64,000 nt of DNA from Candidatus Hydrogenedentota bacterium (GTDB taxonomy: Bacteria > Hydrogenedentota > Hydrogenedentia > Hydrogenedentales > JAEUWI01), in the NCBI GenBank assembly GCA_016182605.1, contig JACPGE010000074.1, positions 1,694 through 65,693 of the forward strand, written 5' to 3'. Positions 1 to 8,752 of this stretch are shown piece by piece. Position 1 is the stretch's first letter. Each line of letters opens with the position of its first letter. The translations under genes and the position numbers were made by a program. A model generated the notes under the pieces. The model worked only from the letters and a program-made list of their open reading frames with translations, was not told the DNA's origin and did not search any database.

Positions 1-28
1 GAAGTACACACAAGAGGAAAACCGAAGC

Positions 29-1195
29 ATGCTATCCGGCAGTTCGAAAACACCATGGTTTCTTGCGGCCCTTTTGGGCCTCATCACATTGCAGGCCGAT
101 GCACAGCAGCAGGGTCCCCCGCCGCCACCCCAAGTGGGCATCGTAACCGTGACTCCTGCCGCCATCCCCGTCAATTTCGAATATGTCGGCGTGGCACAGC
201 CCTCGCAGATCGTCGAGGTCCGTGCGCGCGTGCAGGGCTATCTCGAATCGCGCCAGTTTGAAGAGGGCGCGCTCGTGAACGAAGGCGAGCCCCTGTTTAC
301 CATCGATCCGCGCTCCTTCGATGCGGATCTTCAGATCGCCCAGGCGCGCACGGAACAGGCCGAAACCCGGTTGAAACTCGCCACCCAGGACGTGGCCCGG
401 CTCCAGTCGGTGAACGTGCCCGGCGCCATTGCGGCATCGGATGTGGATGCGGCCATGGCCGAACAGGCCGCCGCCGCCGCCGCGCTGCGCCTGGCGAAGG
501 CCGAACACGCCAAGGCCGAACTCGAAATGAGCTACACCAAGATCAACGCGCCCATCACCGGCTATGTGGACAAGGCCGAACTCGAGACCGGCAGCCTGGT
601 GGAGCCAAACCGCAACAACATGCTCACGCGCATGCGCAAACTCGATCCCCTCTACGTGAGCTTTGGCGTGAGTGAGCGGGACTTCCTCACCTGGCGCAAC
701 AGCACCGCAAGCGGCGAACTCGCCCTGCCCGAAGGCAAAGACGTGGAACTCGAACTGACCCTTCTCGACGGCTCCTCGTACGCGCATCACGGCACGGTCG
801 ACTACCAGTCCAGCGTGGTCGACTTGCAGACGGGCGCCGTGGAGATGCGCGGCACCTTCCCCAATCCCGACTTCGCGCTCAAGCCTGGCCAGTTCCTTAA
901 AGTAAGCGTGACGGGTTACGTGCGGGCCAACGCCATCGCCGTGCCCCAGCGCGCCGTCGGCCAATCGCCGCAGGGCCCATACGTCTTCGTCATCGGGCCA
1001 GAAAACAAGGTGGAACTCCGCAGCGTCACCCTCGGTCAATGGGCCGGAGAAAACTGGCTCATCGAGGGAGGACTCGCCGCAGGCGATCGGGTCATTGCCG
1101 AAGGCCTCATCAAGGTGCAACCCGGCATAGAAGTCGTGTCTTCTCCCTATGCCGGCGCGCCGCCCGCGGACACCGCTAGTCAGGCCAAGTCATGA
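29..1195 (+). CDS. efflux RND transporter periplasmic adaptor subunit (membrane fusion protein, HlyD/AcrA-like)
   Basis: N-terminal signal/lipoprotein-like segment, coiled-coil Ala/Gln-rich stretch and beta-barrel C-terminus typical of MFPs. The stop overlaps the downstream RND pump start (ATGA at 1192-1195). Confidence 0.75.
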   Translation: MLSGSSKTPWFLAALLGLITLQADAQQQGPPPPPQVGIVTVTPAAIPVNFEYVGVAQPSQIVEVRARVQGYLESRQFEEGALVNEGEPLFTIDPRSFDADLQIAQARTEQAETRLKLATQDVARLQSVNVPGAIAASDVDAAMAEQAAAAAALRLAKAEHAKAELEMSYTKINAPITGYVDKAELETGSLVEPNRNNMLTRMRKLDPLYVSFGVSERDFLTWRNSTASGELALPEGKDVELELTLLDGSSYAHHGTVDYQSSVVDLQTGAVEMRGTFPNPDFALKPGQFLKVSVTGYVRANAIAVPQRAVGQSPQGPYVFVIGPENKVELRSVTLGQWAGENWLIEGGLAAGDRVIAEGLIKVQPGIEVVSSPYAGAPPADTASQAKS

Positions 1196-4100
1196 TATCG
1201 AAGTTCTTCATCGACCGCCCGGTCTTCGCCGCTGTATTGTCCATTCTCATCGTGCTCTGCGGACTCGCCTCCATGTACTTTCTCCCCGTGGAGCAGTCCC
1301 CGGAGATCACGCCCCCGACCATCTCCATCGCCGCGCGCTATCCCGGCGCCAACGCGGAGACGGTCGCCGAATCCATCGCGACCCCGATCGAGCAGGAACT
1401 CAGCGGCATCGAGAATCTGCTGTACTACAGCTCCCAAAGCGCAAACGATGGCAGTCTTACCATTACCGTTACGTTTGAGATTGGCGCCGATCTCGACATT
1501 GCCGCGGTGGAAGTGCAGAACAGGCTCAAACGTGCCGAGCCACGCCTCCCCCAGGAAGTGACCCGCCAGGGAATCACGGTCGCCAAGCGCTCCAACAACA
1601 TCCTCGGCGTCGCCGCCCTTACGAGCCCAAGCGGAGAATACGACGACCTCTATCTCAGCAACTACGCGACCATCCAAATGCTCGACACGATCAAGCGCGT
1701 GCCCGGCGTCGGCGACGTGTCCATCTTCGGCTCCAAAGACTACTCCATGCGCATCTGGATCAATCCGGACAAGCTCGCGGCCAAGGGCCTCACCATTTCG
1801 GACGTGGCCGGCGCGGTCCGCGAACAGAACGGGCTCTACGCCGCCGGCCGTATCGGCGCCGCGCCCATCAATGGCGAGGTCGAACTGACCATCCCCGTCA
1901 TCACCAGCGGACGCCTCACCGAGCCCAGTCAGTTCGAAGACATCATCGTCCGCGCGGAACCCGATGGCTCGCTGCTGCGCGTGAAAGACGTGGGCCGGGT
2001 CGAACTCGGAGCCCTCAGCTACGACGCATTCGGACGCCTCAACTCGAATCCTGCCACGCTCATCCTGATTTTTCTCCAGCCCGAGGCCAACGCACTCAGC
2101 ACGATGACCGGCGTCAAGGCCGCGCTTCAGGAACTGAGCAAGGAGTTTCCCAAAGGTATCGAGTTTGTCATTCCTTTCGACACCACCAACTTCATCGAAG
2201 TCTCCATCACCGAAGTCGCCAAGACCTTTATCGAAGCGGCCCTACTCGTCATCCTGGTCGTCTTCGTCTTCCTCGGCAACTGGCGCGCCACCCTTATCCC
2301 GCTCATCGCCGTGCCGGTCGCCATTGTCGGCGCCTTTACCGGCATGCTGCTCTTCGGCTTCTCCATCAACTCCCTCACCCTTTTCGGGCTCGTGCTCGCC
2401 ATCGGCATCGTCGTCGACGACGCGATCATCGTCGTCGAAAATGTGGAGCGCATCCTCCACGAAGAAGACATCTCCGTGCGCGACGCCACCATCAAGGCCA
2501 TGCACCAGGTCACCGGGCCCGTCATCGCCATCGTGCTCGTGCTCTCCGCGGTCTATCTCCCCGTTGCCTTCCTCGGTGGCATCACCGGTGTCATGTTCCG
2601 CCAGTTCGGCATCACCATCGCCATATCGGTGGCCATCTCCGGGCTCGTTGCGCTTACCCTCAGCCCCGTCCTCTGCCGCTACCTCCTCCAAAAGAATGAA
2701 CACAAAATCTTCCTCTTCCGCTGGTTCGACGCCTTTTTCGCCCGCGCCACCAACCTCTACGTCTACTCCGTCCACTGGACCATCCGGCTCGGCGTGGTCT
2801 CCCTCTTCATCTTCGCCGGCCTCATCTACGTTACCGCAAAACTCTTCGAACAGGTCCCCAGCGCCTTCATCCCGCAGGAGGACCAGGGCTACTTCATCGT
2901 CGTCACCCAGTTGCCCCAGGGCGCATCCATCGGGCGCACCAGCAAAGTCATGCACGATGTGGAAGCCTTCCTCCTCCAACAGCCCGAGATTGAGGACGTG
3001 GTCGCCCTCGGTGGACAGGATTTCCTCGCGGGATTCAGCCCCAACACCAGCGCCGGCGCCATGTTCGTCAATCTGAAGCCCTGGGCCGAGCGCACCGGGC
3101 CCGGCCAGGATGTGAATGCGGTCGTCGGACGCGTCTTCGGCCATTTCGGCCCCTACCAGGACGCCCTCGTGCTCGCCTTCAACCCGCCTGCGGTCCGCGG
3201 CCTCGGCGTGCGCGCGGGTTTTGAAATGCAGCTCGAGAGCCGTGGCATTTCCGATGTGCGCAAACTCGCCGAGATCTCCAACACCTTCATGGGCGAGTTG
3301 CGCAAGGACCCGCTTTTCGTCGGCGTCTCCTCCATCCTCAACATCACCCAGCCGCAGCTCTACGTGGACCTCGACCAGACCCACGCCAAGGCCATGGGCT
3401 TGAACATAGGGGACATCTATGACAGCCTCCAGGCGTACCTGGGGGCGCTCTACGTCAACGATTTCAACAAGTATGGCCGCATCTACCGCGTGCAGCTTCA
3501 GGCCGAGTCCGAGTTCCGCGAAGAGCCCGAAGATATCCGCCGGATATTCGTCCGGAATGCCAATGGCGAAATGGTGCAGCTTGCAGGCGTCATCGACACC
3601 CACATGCAGGCCGGCCCCAACGTCGTCGGCCGCTTCAACAGCTTCCCCTCCGTGCAGATCTCGGGCGCGCCCGCACCCGGCATCAGCACCGGGCAAACGC
3701 TAGAACGAATCAATGAGATCGCCGCCCAAGTGCTGCCCGCGGGTTATGTGCACGAATGGAGCGGCGCCTCCTACCAGGAAGTGAAGACCGGCAGCCAGGC
3801 CCCGTACATCATCGGTTTCGGCCTGGTTATCGTCTTTCTCGTTCTCGCCGCACAATACGAAAAATGGAGTCTCCCGTTCGCGGTCCTGCTGTCAGTGCCT
3901 TTCGGCGTTCTCGGCGCCATCGTCGCCGTCTATTTCCGCGGGCTCGAACGCGACATCTACTTTCAGATCGGGCTCCTCACCCTCGTGGGGCTCTCCGCCA
4001 AAAACGCCATCCTCATTGTCGAGTTCTGCTCCGTCTTGCGCGCCGAGGGCAAGGGCATCGTCGAATCCGCCGTCGCCGCTGCGCGCCTGCGCATTCGCCC

Positions 4101-4341
4101 CATCGTCATGACCTCCCTCGCCTTCGTGCTCGGGGTGCTCCCCCTCGCCTTCAGCGACGGCGCAGGCGCGGGCGGACGCCGCTCCATCGGCACCGGCGTC
4201 ATGGGCGGCATGCTCGCGGCCACCTTCCTTGCCGTGCTCTTTGTCCCCCTCTTCTTCGTCATCATTCAGTACGTTACCGAGTTCCGGCCCTGGCGCGGAC
4301 GCCAGAAAAATAACGCCGTCAAGGAGGCGTCCCATGAATAA
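1192..4341 (+). CDS. efflux RND transporter permease subunit (AcrB/HAE1-like, 12-TM with two large periplasmic loops)
   Basis: 1049-aa protein. The N-terminus MISKFFIDRPVFAAVLSILIVLCGL is canonical for AcrB-family pumps, and the length and hydrophobic blocks match. Confidence 0.9.
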   Translation: MISKFFIDRPVFAAVLSILIVLCGLASMYFLPVEQSPEITPPTISIAARYPGANAETVAESIATPIEQELSGIENLLYYSSQSANDGSLTITVTFEIGADLDIAAVEVQNRLKRAEPRLPQEVTRQGITVAKRSNNILGVAALTSPSGEYDDLYLSNYATIQMLDTIKRVPGVGDVSIFGSKDYSMRIWINPDKLAAKGLTISDVAGAVREQNGLYAAGRIGAAPINGEVELTIPVITSGRLTEPSQFEDIIVRAEPDGSLLRVKDVGRVELGALSYDAFGRLNSNPATLILIFLQPEANALSTMTGVKAALQELSKEFPKGIEFVIPFDTTNFIEVSITEVAKTFIEAALLVILVVFVFLGNWRATLIPLIAVPVAIVGAFTGMLLFGFSINSLTLFGLVLAIGIVVDDAIIVVENVERILHEEDISVRDATIKAMHQVTGPVIAIVLVLSAVYLPVAFLGGITGVMFRQFGITIAISVAISGLVALTLSPVLCRYLLQKNEHKIFLFRWFDAFFARATNLYVYSVHWTIRLGVVSLFIFAGLIYVTAKLFEQVPSAFIPQEDQGYFIVVTQLPQGASIGRTSKVMHDVEAFLLQQPEIEDVVALGGQDFLAGFSPNTSAGAMFVNLKPWAERTGPGQDVNAVVGRVFGHFGPYQDALVLAFNPPAVRGLGVRAGFEMQLESRGISDVRKLAEISNTFMGELRKDPLFVGVSSILNITQPQLYVDLDQTHAKAMGLNIGDIYDSLQAYLGALYVNDFNKYGRIYRVQLQAESEFREEPEDIRRIFVRNANGEMVQLAGVIDTHMQAGPNVVGRFNSFPSVQISGAPAPGISTGQTLERINEIAAQVLPAGYVHEWSGASYQEVKTGSQAPYIIGFGLVIVFLVLAAQYEKWSLPFAVLLSVPFGVLGAIVAVYFRGLERDIYFQIGLLTLVGLSAKNAILIVEFCSVLRAEGKGIVESAVAAARLRIRPIVMTSLAFVLGVLPLAFSDGAGAGGRRSIGTGVMGGMLAATFLAVLFVPLFFVIIQYVTEFRPWRGRQKNNAVKEASHE
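4321..4327 (+). promoter_or_regulatory. Shine-Dalgarno (AAGGAGG) for the outer membrane factor gene
   Basis: Perfect SD 7 nt upstream of ATG 4334. Confidence 0.5.
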
Positions 4342-5893
4342 GCTTCGCTTTTTCCTCTTCGCGCCTCTCGCGTTCCTTGCAGGCGGCTGCATGACCGGAC
4401 CCGACTACGCCAAGCCCGAAATGGACCTGCCTGATACGTGGGCCTCGGAACGCGCCGGTGGCGAGATCGATCGGACTGCGGATATTGCATCGTGGTGGAA
4501 TACCCTCAACGATGCCCAGCTCGACACGCTCGTGCAGCGCAGCGTCGAAAACAATCACGACGTGCGCATCGCAGCGGCGCGGGTTCGCGAGGCGCGTGCG
4601 GCAATGGGCATTGCAAACGCTGCCCTGTGGCCGTCTCTGGGTGTTTCCGGATCCTACGCGCGCCGGCAGTCCGCGGCCTCGCCCGCATCGGGCGGCTCCC
4701 CCGTGGCCCTCGGGCTCGCAGCCGGCGCCGCCGGACTGACGCCCAGCATCACCGTGCGCGGCGAGAACGGATCCCTCACCGCGAGCAGCACCAACGGGCT
4801 CCCCGGTCTCAGTGGAACCCTCAGCCCCGGCGGGGGAGGCCCCGATCGGGTGACTGACCTGTACCAGGCCGGTTTCGATGCCAGTTGGGAACTGGATATC
4901 TTCGGCGGCAACCGCCGCGCAGTGGAGGCCGCACTGGCCCAGACAGATGCTGCGGAAGAGTTCCGCCGCGATGTTGTCGTCACGCTGGTCGCGGAGGTCG
5001 CCCGCCAATACGTGGAACTGCGCGCCGCGCAACGCCGCCTCGAAATCACCCATAAGAATATCGCTGCGCAGGCCACCACCGTGGAGCTGACGCAGAGCCG
5101 CGCCCAGGCAGGCCTTGCCAGTGAGCTCGACATGATCCGCGCCCAGGCGCTCCTGGCGTCCACCCAGTCGCAGGTGCCCCTCGTCGAAACCCTCGTGCGC
5201 AGTTCCATCTACCGGCTCAGCGTGCTCCTGGGCGTCACCCCAGGCGCCCTCATCGAAGAACTCAAAGCGGCCCGGAGCATGCCCGAGCCCCCAGGCGAGG
5301 TGCCCGTGGGCTTGCCCTCCGATCTGCTGCGGCGCCGGCCGGACATCCGCCAGGCCGAGCGCGAACTTGCCGCCTCCACCGCGCGAATCGGTGTCGCCAT
5401 GGCGGACCTCTTTCCGAAGTTCTCCCTCACGGGTTCCTTCGGCGGCGCGAACGGTGACCTGGGCAGCGTGCTCAGCGGCGGAAGCCAGATCTGGTCCTTT
5501 GGACCGGGCATTCGCTGGCCCATCTTTGAAGGCGGACGCATCCGCGCGAATATCGAAGTGCAGAACGCGCGCCAGGAACAGGCATTATTAACCTACGAAG
5601 GCCAGGTGCTTCTTGCATTCGAAGAGGTGGAGAACGGACTCGTCGGCTTCGCGCAAGAGCAGACGCGCCGCCAACTGCTGGCCGAAGCCGTTCGCGCAAA
5701 TGAGGAAGCGGTGAAACTTGCCAACGAGCGGTATGTCCGCGGACTCGACGACTTCCTCAACGTATTGCAGGCTCAGCAGCAGCTCTTCCTCTCCGAGGAC
5801 AGTCTCGTGGAGAGCGACCGTGCCGTCCTCACCAACCTCGTGGCGCTCTACAAGGCGCTCGGCGGCGGCTGGCCCGTGCCGGAAGGGCAATAG
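4334..5893 (+). CDS. efflux transporter outer membrane factor lipoprotein (NodT/OprM family)
   Basis: Start refined to ATG 4334 (MNKLRFFLFAPLAFLAGGC, a lipobox Cys), preceded by AAGGAGG at 4321-4327. The start overlaps the RND stop by 8 nt. Paired TolC-like repeats are present (LDxxQAxxxL..., YxRGLxxxLDVL). Confidence 0.8.
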   Translation: MNKLRFFLFAPLAFLAGGCMTGPDYAKPEMDLPDTWASERAGGEIDRTADIASWWNTLNDAQLDTLVQRSVENNHDVRIAAARVREARAAMGIANAALWPSLGVSGSYARRQSAASPASGGSPVALGLAAGAAGLTPSITVRGENGSLTASSTNGLPGLSGTLSPGGGGPDRVTDLYQAGFDASWELDIFGGNRRAVEAALAQTDAAEEFRRDVVVTLVAEVARQYVELRAAQRRLEITHKNIAAQATTVELTQSRAQAGLASELDMIRAQALLASTQSQVPLVETLVRSSIYRLSVLLGVTPGALIEELKAARSMPEPPGEVPVGLPSDLLRRRPDIRQAERELAASTARIGVAMADLFPKFSLTGSFGGANGDLGSVLSGGSQIWSFGPGIRWPIFEGGRIRANIEVQNARQEQALLTYEGQVLLAFEEVENGLVGFAQEQTRRQLLAEAVRANEEAVKLANERYVRGLDDFLNVLQAQQQLFLSEDSLVESDRAVLTNLVALYKALGGGWPVPEGQ

Positions 5894-5943
5894 CAAATCC
5901 TGCCCTCCCCGAAACGCCAAGCTGGGTTTCCTTCCGGCGCTAT

Positions 5944-5962
5944 CCCGAATAAATCACGGGCT
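5944..5962. repeat. solo 19-nt terminal motif (CCCGAATAAATCACGGGCT) of the MITE-like element family
   Basis: 18/19 match to the reverse complement of the conserved 3' terminus (AGCCCGTGATTTATCCGGG) of the elements at 21.8, 29.7 and 36.5 kb. It lies in the intergenic region downstream of the efflux operon. Confidence 0.45.
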
Positions 5963-6126
5963 CCAAACGATGTGGTCGTGTTCTCGTTACCAAGGTCCCC
6001 CTTGGTAATGCCGTCCCCGGTGCTCCGCACCCCGTCCTGCGCAGGCCTACGCCGGCCCGCAGAATTCTTGACGTGGTGAAAAATGCGGGCTTATCGGCTA
6101 CCATGGTCCGACACATCGGGTGAACC

Positions 6127-6729
6127 ATGGAACTATCCACGACGTATACAGGGACAGAGAACGCCGGGCCTTCGGATGAAGTGCTCATGGCCCGCGTCAA
6201 GGCGGGCGACGACGACGCCCTCGCGGCGTTGTTGCGCCGCTACGAGCAAGCACTGTTCCACTATGCACGCCAGATGCTGGGCAATGCCGCCGATGCCGAA
6301 GATATCTTTCAAGAAACCTTTCTCCGGGTTCACCTTCATCGGAGACGATTTTGGGGTAACGCGCTCTTCAAGCCATGGGTCTACCGCATCGCCACAAATC
6401 TGTGCAAGGACCGGCTCCGCTACCGGCAGCGGCGGCCCGAGGTGCAGCCCGGCAATGACGAGGACAGGCCCGACGTGTTGGATAACCTGCCTTCGGCCAT
6501 TTCCGCGCCGGATGACGTTGCATCAGCGAAGGAATTGGCCGCCAGAATGTCCCAGGCCCTGGCCTCCCTGAACGTGAAACACCGCGCGGTCTTCCTGATG
6601 GCGCACCAGGAAGGCATGTCCTACGCGGAGATCGCCCGCGCGCTCCGCATTCCGGCAGGCACCGTGAAGTCACGTATGAACAAGGCCGTGAGCCAGCTCA
6701 TGGCCGTGTTGGAGAGTTCGAAATCATGA
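6127..6729 (+). CDS. RNA polymerase ECF-type sigma-70 factor
   Basis: Region 2 (DAEDIFQETFLRVH..., VYRIATNLCKDRLR) and region 4 HTH (MSYAEIARALRIPAGTVKSRMNKA). A later start at MARVKAGDDD (6187) is possible. The stop overlaps the anti-sigma start (ATGA). Confidence 0.85.
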   Translation: MELSTTYTGTENAGPSDEVLMARVKAGDDDALAALLRRYEQALFHYARQMLGNAADAEDIFQETFLRVHLHRRRFWGNALFKPWVYRIATNLCKDRLRYRQRRPEVQPGNDEDRPDVLDNLPSAISAPDDVASAKELAARMSQALASLNVKHRAVFLMAHQEGMSYAEIARALRIPAGTVKSRMNKAVSQLMAVLESSKS

Positions 6730-7727
6730 CCGCAAACCACCCCTGCGAGAAAACCCGCGCCGGACTACAGCGCTACCTGCTGCAAACATCGCCCGATCGC
6801 GAACGGCAGGCCATCGAAGCCCACCTCCACACCTGTGCCGCGTGCCAGGAGGCCTTCGACGCCGAACGGGCCCGTCTCGCCATGCTGGACAGCCTGCCGC
6901 GCCACGAAGCGCCCGCGGGACTCGCGGAGCGGACCCTGGCGCGCATCCAGGAGCAACATGAATCCCGTACCCGCCCGGCGTGGTTCGCCCTAGGTACGGC
7001 TGCGGGCGTGTTGCTAGTGCTGATTTTTACCGTGCTGCCCATGTTGAACCGATCCCGGGAAGCTTCGATTCAATGGAGGACGCAAGACGTTATGAGGCAG
7101 CTTGGCATGGTTTTCATGATGTACGCGAATGAATTCCAAGGCGAGCGGTGGCCCAAACTGGCTAAGTTGGATCGGGCATGGGCTCCCGATCTCGCCTCCC
7201 TGTACCCCAATTTCATTGTTGATTCTGAAGCGCTCATTGCGCGTGAGCATCCGGAGCGCGAGAAACTCAACTTGGCGCTCCGCGAGGCACTGCAACAACC
7301 CAAACCTGACTTTGAAGCGGCAGAAGAGATCATGGGAGAGAGCTTCGGCTATCTGGGCTACGCCGTGACGAACGAAAAGGACTTCAACGCACTGCGGGAC
7401 GCGAAGGCGAACAAATCGCTTTCTGACACAAGCGGTACCCTGACGGACCCGGGCGGCGTCCGCGACCTCTACACACTTCGCGAAGGCGTCGAACGCTTCT
7501 TCATCACCGACATCAACAACCCCGCCGGATCAACAGATGCCCACTCCACGATCCCGGTGCTCGTCGAGATTGCCTCGTGGAAATTCAAGAAGTCCGTCGA
7601 ATCCTATCGCGGCGCCAACGTACTGTACCTGGACGGCCACGTGGAATTCGTCCCCTTCGGCGCCTTTCCCGTGATCCCCGCCGTACTCGACGCCCTGAGC
7701 GGTATCACGACCGATTCGGAGGAGTAG
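6726..7727 (+). CDS. zinc-finger (zf-HC2) anti-sigma factor fused to a degenerate DUF1559/H-X9-DG-like periplasmic domain
   Basis: HLHTCAACQEAF zf-HC2 motif, one TM (WFALGTAAGVLLVLIFTVLPML), then a segment resembling the DUF1559 N-region (SREASIQWRTQDVMRQLGMVFMMYANE). The C-terminus carries ITDINNPAGST and ANVLYLDGHVEFV motifs resembling DUF1559 TDGTSNT / H-X9-DG. It is translationally coupled to the ECF sigma. Confidence 0.6.
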   Translation: MTANHPCEKTRAGLQRYLLQTSPDRERQAIEAHLHTCAACQEAFDAERARLAMLDSLPRHEAPAGLAERTLARIQEQHESRTRPAWFALGTAAGVLLVLIFTVLPMLNRSREASIQWRTQDVMRQLGMVFMMYANEFQGERWPKLAKLDRAWAPDLASLYPNFIVDSEALIAREHPEREKLNLALREALQQPKPDFEAAEEIMGESFGYLGYAVTNEKDFNALRDAKANKSLSDTSGTLTDPGGVRDLYTLREGVERFFITDINNPAGSTDAHSTIPVLVEIASWKFKKSVESYRGANVLYLDGHVEFVPFGAFPVIPAVLDALSGITTDSEE

Positions 7728-7874
7728 ATCGCGGACCCGGCAACCCACTTATTCACCAGGGGACCGTACCCGATCACCCGCGCCCACTGCTTCTGATTCA
7801 GGTATCGATCCGTGCGGGAGCTAAAGTGGCATCCTGTCACTATAGTCTCGTCCCCAAGACCGGCGACAAGCGCA

Positions 7875-8741
7875 CTACTCACGTTTCTCATCCCAAGAGA
7901 ACGGAATCTCAAGGTCAACCTTCTTATTGTGAACGCGAAAGGTAACTTTCAAGAGTTCATCTACGATTTGAAAATCATCCACAGCCCAACGATTCGGATC
8001 CATTGCCTGCTCCCGCACGGTGCTCAAATCGATCTCCTGGGCCAATAATGAAATCTTCTCATCTCCATCAATCCATACCCGGAGTAAGTACAACTCCGAA
8101 GCGGCACGCTCAACATAATAACGGTGATTGAGCAGCGCACAAAAGGCACTAGAATCGGGTTTCCACTCGATATGCGATTGCACAAACCATTTCTTGACAG
8201 GCGGGCTTTCCGATTCGTCACCATAGCCTCCCTCGGGAAAGATTACGCCTTCCTGAACGTCGGTCTTGTCAAGGCGAAGCAGATTTACCGTCGGCCAGAC
8301 TTGAGCGTCTGTGGGATGCAAGGGGTAAAAGCTTTCCAGCGCCGCGTACTTGCCGTCAGGCGAGATTGAAACCTTTCTTCCCCAAACGTCTTGAATTGAT
8401 TCTCCCGTTTCACAAGCAATTTTGGTAATTGACTGAACGTTACTGTCGCTCAATACTGCATTAACAACAACGAGTTCCCCATGAAGTGTCAATTGCTTGA
8501 CACTTGTAACCGTGCTGGGCAATTTCGCAGCGACATTTCTATTCGTTTCGCTATTTCGTATGGTGACATGCGGAGTTTTGTTTGCCCCGCCATCAGGGAC
8601 GGCTTTCACTTCATACTTTAAGCTCTTTGCTGTTGGCGCACTTCGACCTTCGTCACTTGCCGCAACACCTATCAGCACGATACACAAGAGACACATCATC
8701 TGAATTCGTCTTATAGTCGACCAAATCTGGCGCTGATTCAT
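7875..8741 (-). CDS. hypothetical exported protein (low-GC segment)
   Basis: ORF with an N-terminal hydrophobic segment (MMCLLCIVLIGVAAS) and markedly lower GC than the flanks. No recognisable domain. Confidence 0.4.
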   Translation of the reverse strand: MNQRQIWSTIRRIQMMCLLCIVLIGVAASDEGRSAPTAKSLKYEVKAVPDGGANKTPHVTIRNSETNRNVAAKLPSTVTSVKQLTLHGELVVVNAVLSDSNVQSITKIACETGESIQDVWGRKVSISPDGKYAALESFYPLHPTDAQVWPTVNLLRLDKTDVQEGVIFPEGGYGDESESPPVKKWFVQSHIEWKPDSSAFCALLNHRYYVERAASELYLLRVWIDGDEKISLLAQEIDLSTVREQAMDPNRWAVDDFQIVDELLKVTFRVHNKKVDLEIPFSWDEKRE

Positions 8742-8752
8742 GGATGCTCTCC

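Noticed and set aside
2165-4392. Numerous long ORFs on alternative frames and strands inside the RND pump gene (for example 2242..3696 minus, 484 aa)
   Set aside because: Typical high-GC frame artefacts. Their translations are low-complexity Ser/Pro/Arg/Gly-rich sequence, and they overlap a gene with unmistakable AcrB-family sequence.
6060-6126. Possible sigma-70-like promoter TTGACG-17-TTATCG upstream of the ECF sigma gene
   Set aside because: The -10 element lacks the conserved A2/T6 pattern. An ECF autoregulatory GAAC motif is present but without a clear partner, so it was not annotated.
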